Of a stretch of DNA of 64,000 nt, positions 25,893 to 34,896 are shown piece after piece. Numbering within the stretch: position 1 is the stretch's first letter; every line of letters begins with the position of its first letter. The notes under the pieces are model-generated. The model saw only the letters and a program-made list of their open reading frames with translations. It was not told the origin of the DNA and made no database searches. The DNA is from Candidatus Micrarchaeota archaeon. Its GTDB lineage: Archaea > Micrarchaeota > Micrarchaeia > Micrarchaeales > CABMGC01. The position numbers and the translations under genes are program-made. The stretch lies in the NCBI GenBank assembly GCA_021851065.1, contig JAJZJQ010000002.1:4750-68749 (forward strand), written 5' to 3'.

Positions 25893-25967
25893 TGCTCCCA
25901 TCGGGATTTGAACCCGAGTTGCGGGGTTGAAAGCCCCGCGTCCTTGGCCGGACTAGACGATAGGAGC
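25893..25967 (-). tRNA. tRNA-Glu (UUC)
   Basis: Acceptor GCUCCUA/UGGGAGC with A73, D-arm GUCU..GGAC, anticodon arm CGGGG-CUUUCAA-CCCCG, T-arm UCGGG-UUCAAAU-CCCGA. 75 nt. Confidence 0.92.
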
Positions 25968-26033
25968 GTGGTTATAACTCTGCGCCATTATAAATAAGCT
26001 TATCGCTAATGAACAGCTTGGGCGGATGAAGAG

Positions 26034-26645
26034 ATGGATGGCTTGTTTGTGTGCTTTGAAGGCATAGATGGATCTGGGAAGACAGTTCAGGCCCAGATGC
26101 TCAAAGAAGCGGCTGTGGGGAAGGGTAGAAGATGCATATTGCTATCGTACCCAGATTATGGTTCTGAATACGGCAGGCTTATTGAGCGGTATCTTAAGGG
26201 AGAAGAGAAGAAGGATGTCAGGGAGCTATTCCTTATCTTCCTTGCGGATATGGTCAAGAATGATGCACTTGTGAGGCGGGAGGTAGGAGGCGGTAGCGTG
26301 GTGATAAGCAACCGCTACATGTATTCTACAACTGCATACCAATGCGCAGCTGGTTTTGACTATGACAGCGCAAGGGCAATACAAAAGAGCATAGGTCTTG
26401 AAGTGCCTGATATTGTTTTCTACCTGGATATACCTGCAAAGGTTGCTTACAGCAGGAAAATCGCACAGAAAGGCAGTGCGGACAAATTCGAGAAGGATTC
26501 GGCCTACCTAAACAAAGTCAGGTCTATGTACAATAGGCTTATGGGCGATGGACACATGGGCGAGGAGTGCATTAGTATTGATGGAAGCGCAGCTAAGGAG
26601 CAGATACATGAAGCTGTGATCGGCAAGGTTGGCAGATTGCTTTAG
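26034..26645 (+). CDS. tmk: Thymidylate kinase
   Basis: FVCFEGIDGSGKTVQAQML P-loop, DRY-like NRYMYST. 203 aa. Confidence 0.9.
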   Translation: MDGLFVCFEGIDGSGKTVQAQMLKEAAVGKGRRCILLSYPDYGSEYGRLIERYLKGEEKKDVRELFLIFLADMVKNDALVRREVGGGSVVISNRYMYSTTAYQCAAGFDYDSARAIQKSIGLEVPDIVFYLDIPAKVAYSRKIAQKGSADKFEKDSAYLNKVRSMYNRLMGDGHMGEECISIDGSAAKEQIHEAVIGKVGRLL

Positions 26646-26656
26646 GTTAAGCAAAA

Positions 26657-26935
26657 CTACCTGCCAAGGTCGTCGACTTCCTCCTTTTTCGCTTCCTGGG
26701 CTCCGCCAACCGGAGCAGACACAAGAACCACATCGCTGACGTTCTTTACGTTGCGGTACAGAACGCTCTTGTTCTTGAGCAATCCCTTTGTGTCGCCCTT
26801 GGCATTTTTCCAGGGAACCATAAGCAGCCTGCTGACTTCTCCCTTCTCAAGGTCTATTATAACATCCTGGACCTCGCCAAGGTACTGGCCTGCATCGCTA
26901 TATATGTCCATACGATATATTTCGGAGAGCCTCAT
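26657..26935 (-). CDS. PRC-barrel domain protein
   Basis: IYRMDIYSDAGQYLGEVQDVIIDLEKGEVSRLLM. The start is set at the ATG that forms an ATGA overlap with the upstream ORF's stop. The track ORF extends to 27004. Confidence 0.7.
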   Translation of the reverse strand: MRLSEIYRMDIYSDAGQYLGEVQDVIIDLEKGEVSRLLMVPWKNAKGDTKGLLKNKSVLYRNVKNVSDVVLVSAPVGGAQEAKKEEVDDLGR

Positions 26936-27285
26936 TGAATACGCCTCGTATATATTCGAGGATGCGAATTTATAAAGCTTGCAGATGTCGGCGGGACTTC
27001 CCATATACGATTAACGCATGACTGCAACAGGCACTGCAGGCCACATGTCATGCTGTTTTTGGGCCATGCTGCTTTTGGATAGTATGTCGTACCTATATTC
27101 GTCTTTTGTCTATGATGCCTGTTTAGTTTTAATAGTGGTGCGCGCACCATAACTGGGGTTTTTATGACAAAAATAACTAGAAGCAAAATAGCTACACCAA
27201 CCACTGATGCGATGGGGCCTGTTGCGGCGAAAACGCACATAAGGGATGGGTCTGAAAAATTGAGTGGTGCAAGATCCATGAGCAA
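26932..27285 (-). CDS. Hypothetical small membrane protein
   Basis: 117 aa with one TM (IASVVGVAILLLVIFVI). Its stop overlaps the PRC-barrel ATG (ATGA). The C-terminal half has odd composition. Confidence 0.3.
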   Translation of the reverse strand: MLMDLAPLNFSDPSLMCVFAATGPIASVVGVAILLLVIFVIKTPVMVRAPLLKLNRHHRQKTNIGTTYYPKAAWPKNSMTCGLQCLLQSCVNRIWEVPPTSASFINSHPRIYTRRIQ

Positions 27286-27374
27286 AGCGGCAGGAGAGCT
27301 AGAAGAGCTGTTTGGCCTTTATCGCGCAGGGGAGCTGTTCCAGGTGACCTAACCAGATTGGAGCAGATGGAAAA

Positions 27375-28535
27375 TCATGGCTGCATCCAGTCTATTTCGT
27401 AATAGTTGTTGCGGCTTCCAGCAAGCTTTATCTCCCTCACCACATAATATGTGACTGCAGTTTCCCTGTCAGCTATTGCCAGAACCGGCTCAAGGCCCAG
27501 GGATCTTGCAGCAGAGATTGCAGTGGCAAATTCGCCACCGCCTATGTATTCCTCCTCGCCAAGCGATAGCATGGCATAGCGCGGCTTGGAATTGGATGGA
27601 TTCTGAGTATCCCCGCCCTTCCTGTGGTACAGCACATAGTCTACCCTGGTCCTTGCCGAGCCGTGAATTCCAGGAACAGCCAGTATGAATGTCTTTCTGA
27701 CAGAATGTGCAACCCGTATGGCTCTTGCCCATTCCGATATAAGCAGCTTGGACTCCCTTGGGAACACGTGGATCACGTGCCTTGAATGGACCCACTCCTT
27801 GCTATTTTCCCCGCTGCCTGCTGGCCTGGTTCCTGGAAAATAGAGCCTGAAGTGGGTGCCAAACTTGAACCCTGTCTTCACAACATAGCCCTTGCTGCGC
27901 CAGTCTGCATATACACCGTACATTCTGTCGAAATCCTTGCGCCTTGACCTGGCGAACCTTAGCACATCCTTGCGCGTAGCGTTTTGCAGCTTGAGCACGC
28001 CCTTTGACATGAGAAATATGGTCTCGTATATGTCTAGTTTGTTTAGCCTGCCTCTGCCGGCGGCCTTGTATGAGCCGTATTGCCCAAACCACCAGCGCTC
28101 GTAAAGCGCCTTGCCCATGTCACCGTCTTCCGATATTGTGAGAAGGTCTGATTTGAAGAATGTGCCGCAAAGCCCCTTGCCCCTGGGAAGCGAGGCCTTA
28201 GAGCGCGTGTACTTCTTTGCCTTTTGAATAGCGCCATAGCTTAGTGCATCCGGGCTTCTTGCCACAAGGCCGCGCTCGCGCCAGTCGCGCAAAGTGAAGT
28301 ACCTGGCAGCAAATCTGCCAGACTTCCAGTATCTTGACGCCAGGCTGCTGAAAGTGGCGTCCCCTTTTGGAGTTGCACACACTGCACCCCTGGCATCCAT
28401 AAGGTATAGTGCTTCCTCAGGGAGCAGGATTATATTGGAGCCTGAGCGTTCGCCAAAGAAGCCGTGTCTTAGGGTATCTGCACTGGATGGATCAGTAACA
28501 AGGAACTTTCCATGCAAGTGCTCTATTCGTATCAC
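27375..28535 (-). CDS. endA: tRNA-splicing endonuclease, long three-unit (epsilon-type, ARMAN-like) architecture
   Basis: EndA N-domain-like ILLPEEALYLMDARG. Catalytic-domain motifs GYVVKTGFKFGTHFRLYFPG and WVHSRHVIHVF. An extra C-terminal EndA-like unit is present (KTFILAVPG..VDYVLYHRKGG). At 386 aa it is about twice a homotetrameric EndA. GTG start. Confidence 0.85.
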   Translation of the reverse strand: MIRIEHLHGKFLVTDPSSADTLRHGFFGERSGSNIILLPEEALYLMDARGAVCATPKGDATFSSLASRYWKSGRFAARYFTLRDWRERGLVARSPDALSYGAIQKAKKYTRSKASLPRGKGLCGTFFKSDLLTISEDGDMGKALYERWWFGQYGSYKAAGRGRLNKLDIYETIFLMSKGVLKLQNATRKDVLRFARSRRKDFDRMYGVYADWRSKGYVVKTGFKFGTHFRLYFPGTRPAGSGENSKEWVHSRHVIHVFPRESKLLISEWARAIRVAHSVRKTFILAVPGIHGSARTRVDYVLYHRKGGDTQNPSNSKPRYAMLSLGEEEYIGGGEFATAISAARSLGLEPVLAIADRETAVTYYVVREIKLAGSRNNYYEIDWMQP

Positions 28536-28568
28536 GCGAATACCCCATGCGCAGGCTGGACTATGGAA

Positions 28569-29429
28569 TCATTGTGTAGCTGCCCTGCGGCGCGGCAGCG
28601 TGTGGAAATAGATGTAGTACATTGGCACGGCAAGCTGCATGAAAGTAAATGCCACTATATCTGCTGCAAAAGAGAGTATGAAACCTATCAGCGGTATGAT
28701 GCCAAGCAGACCGCCGATGGCATTAATCACAACAGCCACTATGAAGACGATAACCAAGAATCCTGCGAGCCTCGAGAAATCCTTTTTGCCTATGGCTATG
28801 CTCCTGATGAGCGCTTGAGATGGACCCTTACCATCGAGCACAACTGCAGGGCCCCCCATGGAGAGCATTATGGATGCGACAAGCTGCACTATCAGGTAGA
28901 TTATGCCGAAGACTGCAGCAAGAGCAATAAAGCCCGTTGCTGATGGCCACGATATTGGCATGCCTTCGATATATGGACGCAGGAGAGAGTGGTAACCGAT
29001 ATATGCGACTGGACCCAGCAGCGCAAGAGCGATTATAATCCTGACCACAAGTACAAGAGCGGAATAAATAAGCAGGTCGAAGTATCTTTCAGACGCCCTT
29101 TTTAGCGCAGGGGAAATAGAGGCATTAGAACTGGCCGACTGGGAAGCCAGGGCTATGTATGTGCCATTAACATACGCTCCTGCAAGAAGGCCGGCTACCA
29201 TAACAGTAATGAGGATAGCTGCTGCCAGTGGGAGGTATGCGTGGACAAGGTCCGTGGACGATGTAATTGGAAATGAGATTGCATGCGCTGCAATTCCAGC
29301 GATGACAAGAGCGGCAATTATTGTACCTACTACCAACATGGCTATGTAAATTATAAGGGCAGGGAATAAGAATTTGGGGTGCTTTTTAATTAAACCCAGG
29401 CTATTGCCAACAACTCCGAAGATATCCAT
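28569..29429 (-). CDS. Polytopic membrane protein, hypothetical
   Basis: 286 aa with 6 or more hydrophobic helices. No catalytic motif recognised. Confidence 0.55.
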   Translation of the reverse strand: MDIFGVVGNSLGLIKKHPKFLFPALIIYIAMLVVGTIIAALVIAGIAAHAISFPITSSTDLVHAYLPLAAAILITVMVAGLLAGAYVNGTYIALASQSASSNASISPALKRASERYFDLLIYSALVLVVRIIIALALLGPVAYIGYHSLLRPYIEGMPISWPSATGFIALAAVFGIIYLIVQLVASIMLSMGGPAVVLDGKGPSQALIRSIAIGKKDFSRLAGFLVIVFIVAVVINAIGGLLGIIPLIGFILSFAADIVAFTFMQLAVPMYYIYFHTLPRRRAATQ

Positions 29430-29430
29430 A

Positions 29431-30069
29431 ATGTTTTACGCAGTAGATAGATTAAAAAGCTTTGCAACAGATGAATCTCTTGGGATTAGAATGATAGTAA
29501 TAGATGAATATAAACAGGCATTGAACAGCATAATGCATCCGTCTGCTGCAACATCAAGGCAGATGAGCATAGGCAATGCGCTGCTCTTTTATTACAAGGC
29601 TACGCTTATACCGATGGTGCTGACAGCCATAGAGTTTGCACTGGCTGGCTCTGCGCTTGGAGGATTGGTGGGGTCACTAGTTAAGACTCTTCCTTTTGCA
29701 GGAGGGTTGCTTGGAGCAGGATTTGGAGTGCTGGTAGTGCTTTACTGGATCATATTCATACCTATAGGCCTGTTTGTATGGGCGGCGGTGCTGCATCTGT
29801 TCGGAAAGATACTGCTTAGGTGGTTCAAGGGAAACTACAGCAACACTTTCACAGGGATGGTATATGCGCAGGCTGCCCAGTGGTCCCTTGTGTGGGTGCC
29901 GGTAATAGGGTGGATAATAGGTGCGCTAGCAGGACTCGTAACATCGCTTGTTGGAGTTGCCAACCAGAACAAGACCGAGTGGTGGAGAGTGCTAGTAGCC
30001 GCCATAATTGCTGGAATAGTGGTGTACATAATAGAGTTAATAGTAATAGCAGCAACAGTGCTTGGCTAA
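29431..30069 (+). CDS. Yip1-like/DUF-type polytopic membrane protein (paralog 1)
   Basis: N-terminal region ALNSIMHPSAATSRQMSIGNALLFYYKATLIP parallels that of paralog 2. The start may be the ATG at 29491. Confidence 0.45.
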   Translation: MFYAVDRLKSFATDESLGIRMIVIDEYKQALNSIMHPSAATSRQMSIGNALLFYYKATLIPMVLTAIEFALAGSALGGLVGSLVKTLPFAGGLLGAGFGVLVVLYWIIFIPIGLFVWAAVLHLFGKILLRWFKGNYSNTFTGMVYAQAAQWSLVWVPVIGWIIGALAGLVTSLVGVANQNKTEWWRVLVAAIIAGIVVYIIELIVIAATVLG

Positions 30070-30190
30070 TAAGATGTTCTGGAGCAGGGTCTGCAACGAT
30101 GGACCCTGCACTATTCTTTTTTCTTAGTAAGCAATACCATGACCCTGCACAAAAGCTATTAACCCTTAGCGGTCAAATAGCCACGATGCA

Positions 30191-30799
30191 ATGAACCTTA
30201 TATCCTATACGAAATCAGTCATTGACGCGCTATTAAATCCTGCTGATGGAACCAGAAAGAGGATGAATGCCAGAGATTCTATCCTGATGTATTACAGGGC
30301 TTCCATAATTCCAGGCATATTATATGTGATTCTGGCAGGCGCCTACGGCTTTGTGGAGTTCGGATCTTCGGTAGGGCTTCCAGTTGTGGCCCCTGTAATG
30401 GCAATAGCCGCAGTGATGATGTGGGTGGCTTTTCCTGTCGCAATAGTGGTGCTATCTGCAGTTTATCACGTATTCGCAAAATTGCTTGGTATGAGTGGCG
30501 GTTTTGGGCAGACACTTACTGCCACAGTCTACTCGGCCCTTCCAGCAGTATTCGTCATATGGCTAAGCGCCATACCGTACCTTGGTTCAATATTGCTGCT
30601 AGTTGTTATTGCCTGGGGAGCCTGGGTTTTCTCCAACGCGCTTGCCAACCAGCATGGATCTACAAGACTGAGGGCTTTCGCTGCATGGATCATACCGACA
30701 GCCATAATAGGATACATAGCCTTGTCAGTCCTGTTCGCGTTGGCAGCGGTTCTTGGAACAGCTGGCGCAGCGGGGCTTGGGGCGACGACTACGATTTAG
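30191..30799 (+). CDS. Yip1-like/DUF-type polytopic membrane protein (paralog 2)
   Basis: ALLNPADGTRKRMNARDSILMYYRASIIP followed by 5 TM helices. Same layout as 29431..30069. Confidence 0.45.
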   Translation: MNLISYTKSVIDALLNPADGTRKRMNARDSILMYYRASIIPGILYVILAGAYGFVEFGSSVGLPVVAPVMAIAAVMMWVAFPVAIVVLSAVYHVFAKLLGMSGGFGQTLTATVYSALPAVFVIWLSAIPYLGSILLLVVIAWGAWVFSNALANQHGSTRLRAFAAWIIPTAIIGYIALSVLFALAAVLGTAGAAGLGATTTI

Positions 30800-30836
30800 C
30801 TGCGCGCTGATATGGTTTTTATTCGTGTGCATCGTT

Positions 30837-31880
30837 ATGAGTATGGTTGTAATGCCAAGAGATGGAAAGCGGGCGCAGGCAGTTGCGGAGCAGGTACATG
30901 TGCCAGGGGCGCTTGCTGTGCGCATGGAGAAGCAGGGATACCACTTTGTGGGCAGGCATTCTGCCACAAAGATATGCAATTACACTGCAAGCAGTCTTAA
31001 GAAATCTACGCGCAGCCATACCTGCTATAAGCATAGGTTCTATGGAATAAGGAGCTGGAGGTGCATACAGGCAACACCGGCAATAGGATGCAACCTGGCA
31101 TGCACATTCTGCTGGCGCATAATCCCTGAGGAAGAGGGCTTTAAGTGGAATGAGATAAACTCGCTAAAGGAATGGGATGACCCAGCTGCCATAGTAGACG
31201 GGCTTGTGAAGGAGCATGTGCGCATAATAAGCGGGTACAAGGGACACGGAGATGTTGATATCGAAAGATGGAATGAGGCGCAGCAGCCTGCCCACGTTGC
31301 GCTCAGTCTTACTGGAGAGCCGCTATTCTACCCAAGGATGAACGAGCTTATTTCTGAGTTCCATAAGAGGAAGATAAGCACTTTTGTAGTAACTAATGGC
31401 ACGATGGCGTCTGCGTTGAGGAGGCTTGTGGTGATGCCTACGCAGCTCTATGTTTCGGTTCAGGCGCCCAACAAGGAAGTGTATGAGGAGGTAACAAGGT
31501 CAAAGACGCTTAATGCATGGGACAGTTTTCAGGAGTTCCTAGGCGTATTCTCAGAGCTGGACACTAGAAGAGTGTTCAGGCTTACTCTGATACGTGGAGT
31601 TAACATGATAGACGCGAAGGGCTATGCAGAGCTTATAAGGAAAGGGAAGCCGCATTATGTGGAGGTTAAGGGCTTTTCATACGTCGGAGGTGCACGCGGA
31701 GAGCAGCGCGGCCTTTCCTACAGCCAGATGCCTTCGGCTGATGATATAAGATCCTTTGCGTCCCAGGTAGCCGCAGAGGCAGGATACATTGTTGCCGACT
31801 ATCACGAGAGCAGCAACATAGCCCTTCTGTGCTCCGATGCACAGGCTGCAAAGGAGCGCATCATATCGTTCGAGAAGTAA
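30837..31880 (+). CDS. taw1: tRNA 4-demethylwyosine synthase (radical SAM, Taw1/TYW1)
   Basis: CYKHRFYGIRSWRCIQATPAIGCNLACTFCWR (auxiliary Cys plus CxxxCxxC). About 345 aa. Start chosen after the stop of the preceding gene; ATGs at 30843 and 30852 are alternatives. Confidence 0.85.
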   Translation: MSMVVMPRDGKRAQAVAEQVHVPGALAVRMEKQGYHFVGRHSATKICNYTASSLKKSTRSHTCYKHRFYGIRSWRCIQATPAIGCNLACTFCWRIIPEEEGFKWNEINSLKEWDDPAAIVDGLVKEHVRIISGYKGHGDVDIERWNEAQQPAHVALSLTGEPLFYPRMNELISEFHKRKISTFVVTNGTMASALRRLVVMPTQLYVSVQAPNKEVYEEVTRSKTLNAWDSFQEFLGVFSELDTRRVFRLTLIRGVNMIDAKGYAELIRKGKPHYVEVKGFSYVGGARGEQRGLSYSQMPSADDIRSFASQVAAEAGYIVADYHESSNIALLCSDAQAAKERIISFEK

Positions 31881-32996
31881 ATGCTTATGGCCGATAGGAA
31901 GAACAGCAGAAAGATTGATGGTGTAAAAGGCATAAGGAGCAGGAAGGACTACAGGAAGGCAGTAGCTTCTGCGCGCAAGGCAGTCATAGTTATACTTGGG
32001 CTTAACATTCTCGTGTTCGCTGCGATAATAGGCCTGGTTGCCGCTGATGGAGGACTTGGAAGCATGATGCACGCACTGGAAACCATGAATGCGTGGTATT
32101 TCGCAGCTGCCCTGGCGGTGATCTTCTTCAGCTACTCGATTAGGTATCCGAAATGGTCGCTCTATCTTAGGAGGCTTGGAGTCCACATACGCACGGCAAG
32201 GAGCTACGTCATATATCTCTCGATGTACTCAATGGACATGACCCCGGGCAGGTGGGGCAGGGCTGTGGCATCGTACACGATAAACAGGCTGTCTAATGTG
32301 AAGTTCGCGCGCACTTTCCCTGCAGTAGTGGCAGACATATTCACTGATTTTCTGGGATTTGCAATAGTGACAGATGTTTCTGCCATAATAGTCGGCAAGT
32401 TCATAGTCATCTCTTTCATTCTTACCTTGCTGCTCATGGTGCCCTTCTTCTTCGTGTATGTTGAGCGGCCGTTTATCTACGTCAAGAAGAAATTTTTGCG
32501 CATAAGAAGAAGATTCAGGATTGCGAGGAAGCTGGATACCATATTCTCCACTGCGACGCTGTATTTCGAGCACAACAAGAAGCTTGGGGTAGGCGCTTTC
32601 GCCTATTCTATGCTGCTCACAGTGCCATCGATGTTCCTGAACGGCATGGCCCTTTACCTGACTATGATGGCTTTTGGCGTGCCTCTTGGTCTTTCTGACA
32701 TACCTGTAGTGCTGTTCATATTCTCCTCATCGATAGTAATTGGAATAATAACAGGAATACCTGCGGCAGTAGGTATAACCGATGCTGCGTTGATAGGGCA
32801 GCTGAGTTTCTTCTTCCCAAGCTCCATAAATCTGGGGCTTGCTTCAGTGATAACCATATTTTTCAGGATAGCTAGCATATGGTTTGTGCAGGCATTCGGG
32901 TTCGTTGCGTTCCTCTATACCCTTAGGTACTGGGAGCCGCGCAACCCGATTGAAAGCAGTAGGCAAGGTGCATCCAGTGGATATATGCGTGCTTAA
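31881..32996 (+). CDS. Lysylphosphatidylglycerol-synthase-TM-region/UPF0104 ('flippase-like') membrane protein
   Basis: 371 aa with about 8 TM helices and a basic N-terminus. Typical partner of glycosyltransferase genes. Family assignment is from overall pattern only. Confidence 0.55.
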   Translation: MLMADRKNSRKIDGVKGIRSRKDYRKAVASARKAVIVILGLNILVFAAIIGLVAADGGLGSMMHALETMNAWYFAAALAVIFFSYSIRYPKWSLYLRRLGVHIRTARSYVIYLSMYSMDMTPGRWGRAVASYTINRLSNVKFARTFPAVVADIFTDFLGFAIVTDVSAIIVGKFIVISFILTLLLMVPFFFVYVERPFIYVKKKFLRIRRRFRIARKLDTIFSTATLYFEHNKKLGVGAFAYSMLLTVPSMFLNGMALYLTMMAFGVPLGLSDIPVVLFIFSSSIVIGIITGIPAAVGITDAALIGQLSFFFPSSINLGLASVITIFFRIASIWFVQAFGFVAFLYTLRYWEPRNPIESSRQGASSGYMRA

Positions 32997-34128
32997 TCCC
33001 TATTTCCATCCCCAGTACGGAGGCACAGAGCATGTGCTTTTCGAGATCTACAAAAGGGCAGCAAAGAGACACAATATCACGGTACTTACGTCTTCGCTTA
33101 ACTCCGGCGCAAGGACAGTAGACCACATATACGGGATGAAAGTTGTGAGGATGGAGACCAGGCCGCACAATATACCTGGACTGCCGTTGCCGTTGCTCGA
33201 GATGAAAGGTATCGGAGAGGAGATAGCCAGGGCTGGCGCGGATATATATCATATCAACAACCGTTACCAGTATTTCAACTGGACCGTGAAGGCCATAAAG
33301 CAGACGGGGAAGAAGCTTGCTATAACAATACACAATGCTCTGCCAATTGGCATAGATTTCAGCACAGATACAGTAGGTTTGCTGTATGATGCCGTTTGGG
33401 GCAGGAAGATTATGATGCAGTCTGACCTGATAACTGCCGTGTCTAGGAACACGATGCTGACTACAGTGCCAAAGAACTGCCTAGACAAGACGCACGTGAT
33501 ACCAAATGGTGTTGATTTTGAGAGATTCAGACCGCGGCCAGGAGATAGGAAGGCCAGGGCCATCAGGGAACGCGCTGGCTCAGGCAAGCTGGTGCTAAAT
33601 ACAGCGCGCCTTGTGCGTCAGAAGGGGCAGGTGTACCTTATACGCGCTCTTGCAAAGCTAAATAAAGGCAATGCCGACGGCAACTGCGGGCTTATGATAA
33701 TTGGCAGCGGCCCGCTGCGCGGACTGCTTAAAAGCGAGGCTAAAGCCCAGGGCCTTGATAATGCCTGTACATTGGCAGAGGGTATACAGGATAATGACCT
33801 GCCATATTATTACAATGCCGCAGATGTTTATGCAATGCCTTCGCTATATGAGCCTTCTGGGCTGGCAGTGTTAGAGGCCATGGCGAGCGGCACCCCTGTA
33901 GTTGCTTCAAGCATAGGTGGGCTGCCTGAAATAATAAGGGACGGCGGAAGGTACGTAACCCCAAGGAATGTTGAGGGGCTTGCAGCTGAGATAAAACTGC
34001 TCATGGATAACAAGAAACTCGCTTCGAGGCTCTCCAGGAATGCAAGAAACATAGTGGTAAAACATCATGACTGGGATAGGATAGCTAGGGAGTATGAGAG
34101 GCGCTTTGAAGAAACGATACGCAGCTAG
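32884..34128 (+). CDS. Glycosyltransferase family 4 (GT-B, Glycos_transf_1)
   Basis: PSLYEPSGLAVLEAMASGTPVVASSIGGLPEII. The true start is probably a TTG/GTG around 32950-32977, just before (V)DICVLNPYFHPQYGGTE. The track start overlaps the upstream gene. Confidence 0.85.
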   Translation: MCRHSGSLRSSIPLGTGSRATRLKAVGKVHPVDICVLNPYFHPQYGGTEHVLFEIYKRAAKRHNITVLTSSLNSGARTVDHIYGMKVVRMETRPHNIPGLPLPLLEMKGIGEEIARAGADIYHINNRYQYFNWTVKAIKQTGKKLAITIHNALPIGIDFSTDTVGLLYDAVWGRKIMMQSDLITAVSRNTMLTTVPKNCLDKTHVIPNGVDFERFRPRPGDRKARAIRERAGSGKLVLNTARLVRQKGQVYLIRALAKLNKGNADGNCGLMIIGSGPLRGLLKSEAKAQGLDNACTLAEGIQDNDLPYYYNAADVYAMPSLYEPSGLAVLEAMASGTPVVASSIGGLPEIIRDGGRYVTPRNVEGLAAEIKLLMDNKKLASRLSRNARNIVVKHHDWDRIAREYERRFEETIRS

Positions 34129-34889
34129 AGATTGGATCTGAACTTCTTTGTAGCTGCCTGCTCGGCGAAATTCATCTTTGACGGGAATATGAGGGATGAT
34201 GCCATGCCTTCGCACTTCCTGGAGATGATGGGAAGCTGCGAGAACGCCGTAAGGGCTATATGCTGGTCCGCTTGGCCTACTGCGCTAAGAGAGATGACCG
34301 GTGTTTTGTCTTCTATGATGCGTTTTGAGTCCGCGCTGCATATTGTGGCGTAGGCCTCGTTAAGGCCCATTGGACGCCTGCGCTCCTGTTCTATATCAAG
34401 CAGCACCAGGGTATGCTGGGAATTGGAGAGGTTGCGCCGTATGACGTCCATGAAAGACGCTGGCTTGTATCGCTCGCTCCAGAAAGGCACAGTTGTTGTT
34501 GGCCCGAAGCGGTAGATATCTAGGCCGCTCTCCCCTATCGCTGCAGAGAATATAGAAGGCGCATGGAACACCGCAGTCCCTATGCCTTGGTGCTGCGCTT
34601 CCTCAAGTATTATGCTGTGGGTAGTTGCTATGAGCGGATCGCCTATGACGAGTATCGCCATGGAGCCATGACTGGCCCTTGCAACAGTTGCCTTGAGGTT
34701 GTCCTCAAAGTCGCTGCGCTTGGTGCGCTCGGCAATCTTGCCTGTTTGATCCGTTATGAATTCAAGTGCGCCCTTCCCGGAAAAAGAAGTATAGCTCTCC
34801 GATAGAACTATGTCTGCTGCCTTGATGAATTCAAGGGCCTTTACAGATATGTCCTTTGCATCAAGCCCAATGCCTATTAATGCGAGCAT
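34125..34889 (-). CDS. dphB: Diphthine synthase
   Basis: MLALIGIGLDAKDISVKALEFIKAADIVLSESYTS. Tetrapyrrole-methylase fold. 254 aa. Confidence 0.9.
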   Translation of the reverse strand: MLALIGIGLDAKDISVKALEFIKAADIVLSESYTSFSGKGALEFITDQTGKIAERTKRSDFEDNLKATVARASHGSMAILVIGDPLIATTHSIILEEAQHQGIGTAVFHAPSIFSAAIGESGLDIYRFGPTTTVPFWSERYKPASFMDVIRRNLSNSQHTLVLLDIEQERRRPMGLNEAYATICSADSKRIIEDKTPVISLSAVGQADQHIALTAFSQLPIISRKCEGMASSLIFPSKMNFAEQAATKKFRSNL

Positions 34890-34896
34890 GCAACCG

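Noticed and set aside
30421-30810. 129-aa alternative-frame ORF overlapping the second Yip1-like gene
   Set aside because: It is on the same strand but out of frame with a clearly membrane-like ORF. It is R/C/W-rich with non-protein-like composition.
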